Shown here: in pieces, positions 54,859-63,584 of the stretch
Position numbering within the stretch: the stretch's first letter is position 1
Layout: every line of letters begins with the position of its first letter
Assembly: GCA_944324405.1 (NCBI GenBank)
Contig: CALUWF010000003.1
Location: 8,890 to 72,889, forward strand
DNA: 64,000 nucleotides
Direction of reading: 5' to 3'
From: Candidatus Gastranaerophilales bacterium
GTDB lineage: Bacteria > Cyanobacteriota > Vampirovibrionia > Gastranaerophilales > Gastranaerophilaceae
Made by a program: the position numbers and the translations under genes
Notes under the pieces: model-generated
What the model was told of the DNA's origin: nothing
The model's database searches: none
What the model saw: only the letters and a program-made list of their open reading frames with translations

Positions 54859-56767
54859 TATCATAAAATTCATCGAGCGCCGCTATAAATTCATCCGTTA
54901 ATTCTTCGGAATACTTTTTGCCCGACTGGCGCTTAATCTCTTCCACGGCTTCTTCTTTTGTATAAGCACGTCTGTATGGTCTGTCCGATATCATTGCAAA
55001 ATACGAATCAACAATTAAAATAATTTGAGAAGTTATGGGAATTTCTTCCCCTTTTATTTGATTAGGGTAACCGCTTCCGTCCCAGTTTTCATGGTGATGC
55101 TCAATTATCGGAATAACATCCGAGATATTTGTAATAGGTTTTAAAATCTCTCTTGCAGCCAAAAGCGGATGCTCGACGATTTTGTCTTTTTCTTCTTTTG
55201 TTAAAGGAGCCGGCTTTTTAAGGATTTCATCAGGGAGCATGGTATTTCCGATATCATATAATAAAATTGCAATTTTAAGCTTGTCAATTTCCGATTTTGA
55301 AAGTTTAAATTTCTTTGCAACAAGTGTTGCAAGCGACATTTTTGCCTTTGTAACACCCTCTTGATTGGATGAAGTATAAGTTTGTGAAATGGTATCCACA
55401 ACGGAATATAAAAGCTCCTGTGCCGAGTTTCCTTTTACGTTTTCCTGGCGGGTTTGCAGCTTTTGCGAAAGCTCAAGAGCGAGTTTAGAGTTAAATGGTA
55501 TTCTGTGTTTTTCAAGAATTTCAACAAAGGCGCTCACCGCAACATCCTGCCAGGATACGTTTTTCTGCGGCTGGGCAATACAAACTCTGTTTCTGCCCTG
55601 CATTTTTGCATCATACATTGCCTTATCCGACATTTCAATCAAATCATCAAGATCTAATGTATGCTCTATAAAAGTTGCAACCCCGATACTTGCGGTAACG
55701 TTTCCAAGACCTTCTACGGGCTCTTTTTCAATTGAGGCTCTGAGCCTCTCTGCTGCTATCATGCCGCCTTTTGCATCAATACCGGGAAGAATTATTGAAA
55801 ACTCTTCGCCGCCTATACGGGAAGCGATATCGACCGAACGCGCGTTTCTTAAAATTACCCTTGCAACGGTTGAAATCGCTCTATCGCCCATAGAGTGCCC
55901 GTAGGTATCATTTATTTGTTTTAGGTGATCCAAATCAAGCCCGATAAGAGTAAAAGGCTGATTTAAACGCAATGCGCGGTTTGCCTCACGCTCGATTGCA
56001 TCATCAAAAAATCTTCTGTTGAAAAGCTCTGTCAGGGGATCTGTTACTGCTTGCTTTTTAACAGTTTCAAAAAGATTTGCAATTGTAATTGCAAGTTCAA
56101 TTTGCCGGGCAAAAAGATTTAAGAAATTAAGCTCGTCGTCTTTTGCTTCAACCCTGGGTGAAAAAACCGCCAAAAAGCCCGTAAATTCCTTTGAAGCAAC
56201 AAGCGGCAGAATTATGACGGACTTTGTAAAAGTTTTTCTTGATATTTCGCGCGCAGTTTCTTCATCAAGCTCCGGAAAGGCCTCGGTTAAAATCGCAAAT
56301 ATATCCGTAAAGACAACTGCTGTTTTATTTTCAATAGCTTCTTGAATTTTGCCGTCTTTTTTAATTTTTAACTTAACATCAAAAATTGACTTTCCGACAA
56401 ACTCTTCAAGCCTTTGAGAAAATTCGTTTTTCAGATAAGTTCTGAGTGAATAAAAAACCCCGTCTTTATCCAGCTGCTTTTGGACAATACAACTGTAGAG
56501 ATAACCAAACTCACCATGCAGCGAAGAAACAATCGTTTCAAGAACGTTAGAGAGCGGACGCGATGAATTCATCATATCCCACACATGTTCTAATGTGAGC
56601 AGCGTTTGATTTGCTTTGTGGAGTTCTTCGGTGCGCTGCGCGATTTCACGCTCTAAAGCCTGATTGCGTTGATAAACTTCAAGATAATCTCTTTTATGCT
56701 GGTATATCTGGCTTTCTACGCGTTTTAGATTTTCGTTTGATGCTTTAATCCAGTCAAAAAAACCCAT
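54851..56767 (-). CDS. GAF-like sensor + GGDEF diguanylate cyclase + HD-GYP phosphodiesterase fusion
   Basis: DPLTELFNRRFF...GLDLDHLKQINDTYGH...RIGGEEFSIILPG (GGEEF). The C-terminus has HHHENWDGSGYP (HD-GYP). Confidence 0.85.
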   Translation of the reverse strand: MGFFDWIKASNENLKRVESQIYQHKRDYLEVYQRNQALEREIAQRTEELHKANQTLLTLEHVWDMMNSSRPLSNVLETIVSSLHGEFGYLYSCIVQKQLDKDGVFYSLRTYLKNEFSQRLEEFVGKSIFDVKLKIKKDGKIQEAIENKTAVVFTDIFAILTEAFPELDEETAREISRKTFTKSVIILPLVASKEFTGFLAVFSPRVEAKDDELNFLNLFARQIELAITIANLFETVKKQAVTDPLTELFNRRFFDDAIEREANRALRLNQPFTLIGLDLDHLKQINDTYGHSMGDRAISTVARVILRNARSVDIASRIGGEEFSIILPGIDAKGGMIAAERLRASIEKEPVEGLGNVTASIGVATFIEHTLDLDDLIEMSDKAMYDAKMQGRNRVCIAQPQKNVSWQDVAVSAFVEILEKHRIPFNSKLALELSQKLQTRQENVKGNSAQELLYSVVDTISQTYTSSNQEGVTKAKMSLATLVAKKFKLSKSEIDKLKIAILLYDIGNTMLPDEILKKPAPLTKEEKDKIVEHPLLAAREILKPITNISDVIPIIEHHHENWDGSGYPNQIKGEEIPITSQIILIVDSYFAMISDRPYRRAYTKEEAVEEIKRQSGKKYSEELTDEFIAALDEFYDIT

Positions 56768-56823
56768 GTCACTTATTATACAACTTTATTCACATATTTT
56801 TCAATACCGAATTTTGTTGAGTG

Positions 56824-57552
56824 TTAATCCTTTACCCAGTATTTATCGAGCCATTTAACGGGTTTAATGTATCTAAAGCCCATTTTGCCAAAATAGCCTC
56901 TGTATGCTTGTCTTGGGTTTGGTTTACCGTGAAATATAACTATTTTAGCCTCCGAAGGGTCGCGCGGCACTTTAAACCAGCAGATGGGAAACTTATGCAG
57001 GCAGCATCTTTTAAAACTTACACACCAGTCTTTATCCCAATATTTTAAAATGCCCTTTTCAAACATTTCATAAGTTAAAAAAGCCTGTTCATTTTTAAAA
57101 TGTTTCCTTATTGCCGTGCCAAGGCCGTAAAAATGTTCCAAAACCTCGGGGTGTTTACCTATTTCAAAACGAAATACCGAAGAATTGCCTATAATATCGT
57201 CCTCAAAGTCCCAATCTTTAATAATTAAAAATTCACCCTCCTGCTCAAAAAAAGCGTCGATATTTTGGCGAATTACGATATCAAGATCTAAAAACAAGGC
57301 TGTGCCTTTTAGGTCGTACAATTCTTTATTAAAAACAGTCAATTTTTTCCACATTCTATCGGGAATTCCATCCTCTTTAAGGGGCGGAATGGGGAATGTT
57401 TCAATATTTTTGTCAATTCCTTCGTTATTGTCGGTAAAACAGATAAAGCGGTGCGGAATTGTTATATTTTTTTCAACCATTTTATAAAGGCGGTTAACAT
57501 ACGACGAGTCAAATTTATCGCCCCACTTCATGCATATTATATTTTTATCCAT
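56824..57552 (-). CDS. putative nucleotide-diphospho-sugar transferase (GT-A-like)
   Basis: MDKNIICMKWGDKFDSSYVNRLYKMVEKNI...FICFTDN and a DxD candidate FLDLDIV. The family assignment is from memory of similar hypothetical glycosyltransferases and is not verified. Start taken at the second Met. Confidence 0.35.
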   Translation of the reverse strand: MDKNIICMKWGDKFDSSYVNRLYKMVEKNITIPHRFICFTDNNEGIDKNIETFPIPPLKEDGIPDRMWKKLTVFNKELYDLKGTALFLDLDIVIRQNIDAFFEQEGEFLIIKDWDFEDDIIGNSSVFRFEIGKHPEVLEHFYGLGTAIRKHFKNEQAFLTYEMFEKGILKYWDKDWCVSFKRCCLHKFPICWFKVPRDPSEAKIVIFHGKPNPRQAYRGYFGKMGFRYIKPVKWLDKYWVKD

Positions 57553-57622
57553 TGTTACTCTCCCGACAATATCGTGCTTTAGCGGCACAGGTGTGCTCCA
57601 CTTTTATTTTAAAATTACAAAA

Positions 57623-57937
57623 TTATATTTCGCCTTCTTCAATGCCGCCGGACTGTTCAAGTTGTTTCTTTTTTAAATTGTGAACAACGGCATCTACAAG
57701 AAGCTCATAAGATTTTGCATCTTTAATTTTGGGAGAAAATTCTTTTGCAAGAGTTTCTCTTACCATCATTTCAAGCTTGTCATTATCATACCCCGGTGTT
57801 TTTTGTTCGTCGGGAATAAGATAATCAATATATTTAGAGCCGATTTTGTAGTCCTGCAAACTTTTATACATAAACCATTTTAATTTAGGGCTTATGTTTG
57901 CAAGTTTTCTGACTATTTTGAAATTTTTAAAATTCAT
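57623..57937 (-). CDS. hypothetical 104-aa protein
   Basis: The ATG at 57937 is preceded by GAGG at 7 nt. No motif recognised. The ORF-track start (58018) adds an unlikely hydrophobic extension. Confidence 0.4.
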   Translation of the reverse strand: MNFKNFKIVRKLANISPKLKWFMYKSLQDYKIGSKYIDYLIPDEQKTPGYDNDKLEMMVRETLAKEFSPKIKDAKSYELLVDAVVHNLKKKQLEQSGGIEEGEI

Positions 57938-58172
57938 CCTAACCTCAGATGTTGTGCTTTCTCTTTTTTTAAGTGCCGTGAATAAAAAAAGTGTCAGATT
58001 TTTTGATTTTATTAACAAAAATTTACTTAATTGTATAACATTTTAAAATTTTTGAAAAGTTAATATATTTTTGTAAATTTTTTTTACATTGAAAGAAAAA
58101 TCATTAAAGTTTTAACACGCTTATTACGATGTTATAAATACAAGGATAGACTCTTAAAAGGAGATATGGTTA

Positions 58173-58430
58173 ATGTCCACAAATTTTAACGTAAAATCTT
58201 TCGGCTTAAATGTAATTCCCGATTTAAAACAAGGAAGACAAGCAGCACACACCGTCGAAAAAGCGATTGGGGACATGTGGGAGCCTGTGCTTGATTATCT
58301 TGCCACAAATGAAAATGTCTTTAGCGGGGATGTCGCAAAAGAAATTAATAAAATTAACATTCAGACCATGCAGCTGGGCACAATTGTAAACGGGGATAAA
58401 GAAACGCGTAATCTGGATACGCAGTTTTAA
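58173..58430 (+). CDS. hypothetical 85-aa protein
   Basis: Strong AAGGAGA RBS 8 nt upstream. An extended -10-like TGTTATAAA lies about 35 nt upstream. No motif recognised. Confidence 0.45.
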   Translation: MSTNFNVKSFGLNVIPDLKQGRQAAHTVEKAIGDMWEPVLDYLATNENVFSGDVAKEINKINIQTMQLGTIVNGDKETRNLDTQF

Positions 58431-60118
58431 ATAATTTCAGTCCTTTCAATAAGTTTGCAGCCGTCTTTAGAGTAGGTTGAAACAATATTTTTACCGTTAT
58501 TTTTTGAATGATACAGTGCAGTATCCGCGGCATTAATAAGTGTTTTAGGGTCAACCCCGTCATAGGGATACTGCGCAACACCTATACTTGTGGTAGGTGA
58601 AATTGTAGTAGTTTCATTTGCTGCAACCGTAATTTTTGAAATATTTTTTCTTAAACGCTCAGCTATGACAACAGCGTCATCTTTTGTAGTTTCCGGCAAT
58701 ATTACGACAAATTCTTCACCGCCGTAGCGCGCCGGGATATCAATTTTGCGAACCGTTTCCGCTATGACGCGTGAGAGTTCTCTTAAAATCTGATCGCCGA
58801 TTAAGTGTCCGTATGTATCATTTACGTTTTTAAAATTATCAATATCGAGCATTAAAAGCGACATATCACGCTTGTATCTTGCACAGCGGCGTATTTCATT
58901 TTCAAGCAGCGTATAAAAATGGCGATAAATATAGAGTTTTGTAAGTCCGTCTTTTGTGGCAAGCTCGTATAACTTTGCGTTGTCAATTGCAATAGCTGCC
59001 TGATTTGCAAGAGATGTCATAAACTCTAAATCCTTTTGGTTAAAGAGTTTACCGTTTTTCTTATTTGTAATGTTTATAACCCCTATTGCTTCACCCTTTG
59101 CAATTAAAGGCACGCACAAAAGCGAGTGGGTATTTGTTAAGATATCTTTTACGATAAACCTCGGGTCGGCAGAGCCAAGGTTTGTAATAATGGGCTTTCT
59201 CTCCAAAAATACCATGCCTGCAACGCCTTCGCCCGCTTTGATTTTGGAGCATTGAATAATGCCGTTATTGATACCTTCTTCTACCTTTTTGTCCTGCAAA
59301 CCGTAGACAACCCGCACTTGCAGAGAGTTCTGCGAATAATCATACAGCATAAGCGAGCCTTTTTCCGCCTCCAGCGTGTCAATTGCCTTAGACAAAATAA
59401 CCTGTAAAAGGCGTTTTAAGTCGTCAATGAAATTAACAGCCTGGGAAATATTATAAAGAATTGAAATATTATAAAGCGACTTTTGAAGCTTTATAATCTC
59501 ATGCTCTTTTTTAAGGTCATTTAAATATTTGCCTATTATAGGCTCTACATAATCAAAAGCAATGTCAAGCATTTGCCTTTGCTCATCCGTAAGGGATTTA
59601 AAAGTATCACTCAAACCTATAAAACAAAAACACACGGGAACGCCGTTTGAAAAAAATGCTCTTAAATACTTGGGCTTAAGTTTTTCAAGTCCGTTCTTTT
59701 CCCAAAATGAAGCATACAAAATATCGCCGTGTTCATTTCTTGCATCGACAATTTTTCCTTCATTTATTGCACTTAAAAAAGCTTCGTTATCCTGCTCGGA
59801 TTCAAAACACTCATCCGCACGAAGGTTTTGAGCCGTAACAACGCTTTTAAAAATCTGCCCTTCTAAAATGTAAAATGAGATATTTTCATTGTTAATAAGT
59901 TTAACAATGTAATCAGACAATTTTTTTAAAAGGTCATAAACACCAAGAGCCTGGTTAGCAATAGTACTTATATCAAACATTCTGCTCAGGTGAACGACAT
60001 TATTTTCAATATTTGAGATTTCGTTATTGTTTGACATTGTTGCCCAAATATACATTCTGGTAATATTATAAGATAACATGTGGTAAAATACAATTTTCAC
60101 CACCCTTAAAATACACAA
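58427..60118 (-). CDS. GAF-domain diguanylate cyclase (GGDEF)
   Basis: The GAF-like region is GSLMLYDYSQNSLQVRVVYG...GEGVAGMVFLERKPIITN...LCVPLIAKGEAIGVINITN. It also has DGLTKLYIYRHF...LMLDIDNFKNVNDTYGH...RYGGEEFVVILPET. An internal Met (60037) is a more plausible start. Confidence 0.85.
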   Translation of the reverse strand: MCILRVVKIVFYHMLSYNITRMYIWATMSNNNEISNIENNVVHLSRMFDISTIANQALGVYDLLKKLSDYIVKLINNENISFYILEGQIFKSVVTAQNLRADECFESEQDNEAFLSAINEGKIVDARNEHGDILYASFWEKNGLEKLKPKYLRAFFSNGVPVCFCFIGLSDTFKSLTDEQRQMLDIAFDYVEPIIGKYLNDLKKEHEIIKLQKSLYNISILYNISQAVNFIDDLKRLLQVILSKAIDTLEAEKGSLMLYDYSQNSLQVRVVYGLQDKKVEEGINNGIIQCSKIKAGEGVAGMVFLERKPIITNLGSADPRFIVKDILTNTHSLLCVPLIAKGEAIGVINITNKKNGKLFNQKDLEFMTSLANQAAIAIDNAKLYELATKDGLTKLYIYRHFYTLLENEIRRCARYKRDMSLLMLDIDNFKNVNDTYGHLIGDQILRELSRVIAETVRKIDIPARYGGEEFVVILPETTKDDAVVIAERLRKNISKITVAANETTTISPTTSIGVAQYPYDGVDPKTLINAADTALYHSKNNGKNIVSTYSKDGCKLIERTEII

Positions 60119-60131
60119 TTCGGAGGATAAA

Positions 60132-60998
60132 TTGAGCGATATTTGTAAAAATTGGACGCAATGGCTTCAAAAGACGCGTTTTGCACACATGAACGAAGAG
60201 CAAATACAACAAACATTTCGCTGGCTCTTTGCAATAAGAGATGTTGTGATTTCAAAAGCAGACATTAAAAAAGCGGACAAAATAATAGATATAGGCTGCG
60301 GAAGCGGACTTTTGGGTTTTGGAGTAATAGAAAAATTCAAAGATGACGTTGAAATAATTTTTTCGGATAAATTTGAAGACTGTCTTGAAGAATGCAAAAA
60401 ACTCCTGGGCAAATGCGACGTAAAATACAAAGCTTCTTTTCTGCAAAGCGACTGCCTTGACATCAAACTTCCGGATTGCAGTGTGGATAAAGCCATGACA
60501 CGCTCGGTGCTCGTACATATTGTCGATAAACAAAAAGCAATAAATGAAATTTGCCGCATACTTAAAAAAGGCGGCATTTACAGCGCCTTTGAACCTATTA
60601 TAAAATCAAACACAAGATATCACGAACTCACAAACCCTGATGAAATCACGGACTGGCAGACTTTTAAAGAGGCAGAGGACGAATTTATGTCCGACATGAA
60701 TGATCCTCTTGTAAACTTTGATGCGCAATCAATTGCAAATAATCTCGATTTAGCTGGATTTTCAGACGGCGATGTAGATGTATGTGATACCCCCTCCACA
60801 TATATTGCAACAAAAAATTCAATTAAGCAGTGGTTTATGAGCGCTCCTAGCCCGGACAGACCTACCTCTAAAGAGAGATTTTTAAAATACTTTGATGAAG
60901 AAAAAGTAAATAATTACATTGAAGAAATGCAAAATGCGCTTCACAATAAAATGATAACTGTTAATTCAAAAACCGTTTTTATAAGAGCAACAAAATGA
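60132..60998 (+). CDS. class I SAM-dependent methyltransferase
   Basis: Motif I is IIDIGCGSGLLG, followed by an acidic FSD and ILKKGGIY. TTG start 5 nt after GGAGG. Confidence 0.8.
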   Translation: MSDICKNWTQWLQKTRFAHMNEEQIQQTFRWLFAIRDVVISKADIKKADKIIDIGCGSGLLGFGVIEKFKDDVEIIFSDKFEDCLEECKKLLGKCDVKYKASFLQSDCLDIKLPDCSVDKAMTRSVLVHIVDKQKAINEICRILKKGGIYSAFEPIIKSNTRYHELTNPDEITDWQTFKEAEDEFMSDMNDPLVNFDAQSIANNLDLAGFSDGDVDVCDTPSTYIATKNSIKQWFMSAPSPDRPTSKERFLKYFDEEKVNNYIEEMQNALHNKMITVNSKTVFIRATK

Positions 60999-61249
60999 AA
61001 AAAAGGAAATGCCAAGGCTGCAAAGAATTAAAGGACGCTAATTTAATGCATAAAATTACGCGCGAATTTAAAAGCGGCAAACTCTACCTTAATCCCGGCC
61101 CGAAAGTTTTGGGCAGAAGCGCCTATGTTTGCAAAAACAAAGAATGCATAAAAGAATTTTTAAAAAGAAAAACTCTTAAAAAAGTGCTAAAGACAAATGA
61201 AACATCACAAATAGAACAAGAGCTTTTAAAAATCATTATTGAGGGTTAA
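60995..61249 (+). CDS. ylxR: YlxR/DUF448-family RNA-binding protein
   Basis: KRKCQGCKELKDANLMHKITR...GRSAYVCKNKECIKEFLKRKTLKKVLK matches the R-x-C-x-x-C...L-x-R...GRG-x-Y-x-C pattern of YlxR. ATGA overlap with the methyltransferase. Confidence 0.65.
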   Translation: MKKRKCQGCKELKDANLMHKITREFKSGKLYLNPGPKVLGRSAYVCKNKECIKEFLKRKTLKKVLKTNETSQIEQELLKIIIEG

Positions 61250-63490
61250 AAGTACATCTTGCGGATAAACCTCATTTATCACTTCACCTGTCGCGCTTAC
61301 CACGCAAAATTCAACCGGAGAATTTTTTTCAAGGCCCAAATCCTTGTATGATATTTTAATTTCAATTACGTCTTTATAGGCGTATTTATCATGTTTCATA
61401 AGAACCATTTTCCAAATCCCGCCCTGAACAGCAGTACACAAAACGGGAGGCAGAAGGTCTTTTTTATTAAAAGCAAACATGACTTCATGAGAAAAACTGT
61501 TTTTTAAGGTCGGATAAATATTATTTGTCCTTGAAATCACTCTGACCGGAGAAAAGGCGCCCTGGAGCGTGCTTCTTATGTATATATGAATTTGATTTTT
61601 AATAAAATGGTTGCTTTTTGAAACGGTTTGACGGTTAACTTCAAATTTAAAATACAAATTTTCACTGTCACAGCCGTAATATATTCCCTTTATTGATTTA
61701 AGCTTTGAAAAACTCGGGGAGTCAGGCAAAAAGATATAGCCGGAATTATCCCATTCATCCTTTTGGATTTCAAGTCCGTCGATTTCCGGGCTTATATGCC
61801 CGACAGCCTGCCTTATAGGTTTTCCGACCATTGAAATCAAAGGAACATTAAGATGATCAGGCGAAGGAACATTTAAAAATCTGTATACGTTTTTCAGTCT
61901 TTCGCGGAAAATATGGTCAAAAAGCGCATCTCTTCCGGATTCATTAGGCTCGCCATACCACCAGAACCAATCCGAGCCTTCTGTAACCAAAATTTCCTCA
62001 TGCGCTTCATGAATTGCTTTATTTGCCCTTGCTTTTTCAATATTTGTTTTTGCTTTTGAGAGCATATTTTTTGAAATTTTTTCAAAGCTCTCTTTAGCCA
62101 TATTCAAATAGTTCCATGCAACGTTTTTTGTAGGCTCGCCAACCCAGAGTTCAAAATTTCTGTTTATCCAGGAGCCGGATGCAATTTTTTGAAGTTCTTC
62201 CGGTTTTGATTTATTTACAAAATCACTTACCAGAGTTGTTTCAAGGGTGTCGTCTTCTTCTATCAGGCGATATAAGGTATTTAAAAAACTATCGCCGTCA
62301 TCACTGTATGTTTCCCAGCAATTTTCACCATCCATTGCAATTGTTAAAAGGTGATTTTCTCTCGGCGAGTTTTGAAGTTTGTTTTGTATTGTTTTTATCT
62401 TTTCATAGAGGTCATTTGCCGCAACTTCACCTTCGCAGCTTCCGTAACCAAAACCCACGAGATTTGCAAAAAACGAATCCGCAAAGATAATATTTGTTTT
62501 TTTTCTGTCTTTTTTAAAAGCATAATTCACGCACAGGGCAAAAGGATCCTCCAGATTTCCTTCAAAATCCCTTGTGAATTCGCGTCCTATGCTGTTTGAA
62601 AGTATTCCTTCATCCAAAACAGTCCAGCCGACATTAAAATAAGAAAGAAGATTAAGAGTTTTTTTGCTCACGCACTGTTCCGAAAGCCACAGGCCGCGCG
62701 GACGTTTCCCGAATACTTCTTCAAATCTGTCTAATGCGCGTCCGACCTGCTCTTTTGCATCTTTTATCCCGCCTATAATATTCTTTGGCAGATTTTCTTC
62801 ATAAGGATAATCATTTTCACGTATATTTATCAAAAGGGGCAAAATCGGATGATAATAAGGGTTTGTTGAAATTTCTATTCTGCCTTCATCTTGAAATTTT
62901 TTATAGGTCGGAATGATATCTTTAATTATTTGCAGCTGTATATCATAGATTTTTTGCCTGTCTTCAAGCGTAAAATCCTTTTGTTTATTTAAAAGATAAT
63001 CAAGCCCTTTGTATGTGTATCTAAATCTTTTATCAATCCAGCACAGGGTAAAATTTGCCATTATATCGGCATAATCCTGGTTGCTAAAACTGTTAATAAG
63101 TTCTTCTTTGGAATTGCAATTATTCCTTCTTTCGCTTAATTTTGCGTAATAAGGACGTGCAAGGAGCATATTTGAATAATTTACGTCAAAAAAATTCTCC
63201 AAAATAAAGAGCTTATCTTCATCATCGAGCTTTTTTATATCATCAAGCATTAAACCCAAATGCATGTCCTTTGCGCCATTTGCATATTTTTCTATGGAAT
63301 CCAGCAAAACCGGCGAAATGTCAAAATTAAGTTTAATTTTCTTGAAATCCTGAAGTCTTAAGAGCATATCAAGATAATCTTTTGTTGCATGCAGGCGCAC
63401 CCAAGGCATAAGAAATCTTGAAGAAGGATTTTCTTGATAAGAAGGTTGATGAAAGTGCCAAACAAAGGCTATATTCAGCTTTTTACCCAT
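61226..63490 (-). CDS. GH57 family alpha-glucan enzyme (amylase/branching/glucanotransferase type)
   Basis: GH57 conserved regions: FVWHFHQPSY, WVRLHATKDYLDM, ISTNPYYHPILPLL, GLWLSEQCVS (nucleophile Glu) and IAMDGENCWE (acid/base Asp). Confidence 0.85.
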   Translation of the reverse strand: MGKKLNIAFVWHFHQPSYQENPSSRFLMPWVRLHATKDYLDMLLRLQDFKKIKLNFDISPVLLDSIEKYANGAKDMHLGLMLDDIKKLDDEDKLFILENFFDVNYSNMLLARPYYAKLSERRNNCNSKEELINSFSNQDYADIMANFTLCWIDKRFRYTYKGLDYLLNKQKDFTLEDRQKIYDIQLQIIKDIIPTYKKFQDEGRIEISTNPYYHPILPLLINIRENDYPYEENLPKNIIGGIKDAKEQVGRALDRFEEVFGKRPRGLWLSEQCVSKKTLNLLSYFNVGWTVLDEGILSNSIGREFTRDFEGNLEDPFALCVNYAFKKDRKKTNIIFADSFFANLVGFGYGSCEGEVAANDLYEKIKTIQNKLQNSPRENHLLTIAMDGENCWETYSDDGDSFLNTLYRLIEEDDTLETTLVSDFVNKSKPEELQKIASGSWINRNFELWVGEPTKNVAWNYLNMAKESFEKISKNMLSKAKTNIEKARANKAIHEAHEEILVTEGSDWFWWYGEPNESGRDALFDHIFRERLKNVYRFLNVPSPDHLNVPLISMVGKPIRQAVGHISPEIDGLEIQKDEWDNSGYIFLPDSPSFSKLKSIKGIYYGCDSENLYFKFEVNRQTVSKSNHFIKNQIHIYIRSTLQGAFSPVRVISRTNNIYPTLKNSFSHEVMFAFNKKDLLPPVLCTAVQGGIWKMVLMKHDKYAYKDVIEIKISYKDLGLEKNSPVEFCVVSATGEVINEVYPQDVLLTLNNDF

Positions 63491-63530
63491 TAGTTTACTC
63501 TTAAACCGTAACTACAACATTATACTAACT

Positions 63531-63557
63531 AAAAAGCCCACTCGAAATGGGCTTTTT
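63531..63557 (-). terminator. rho-independent terminator after 63585-64000 gene
   Basis: Stem AAAAAGCCCA / TGGGCTTTTT with loop CTCGAAA. On the minus strand it is followed by TTTTTAGTT. Confidence 0.7.
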
Positions 63558-63584
63558 AGTTGATTTATTTGTTAATTAAAGAAA

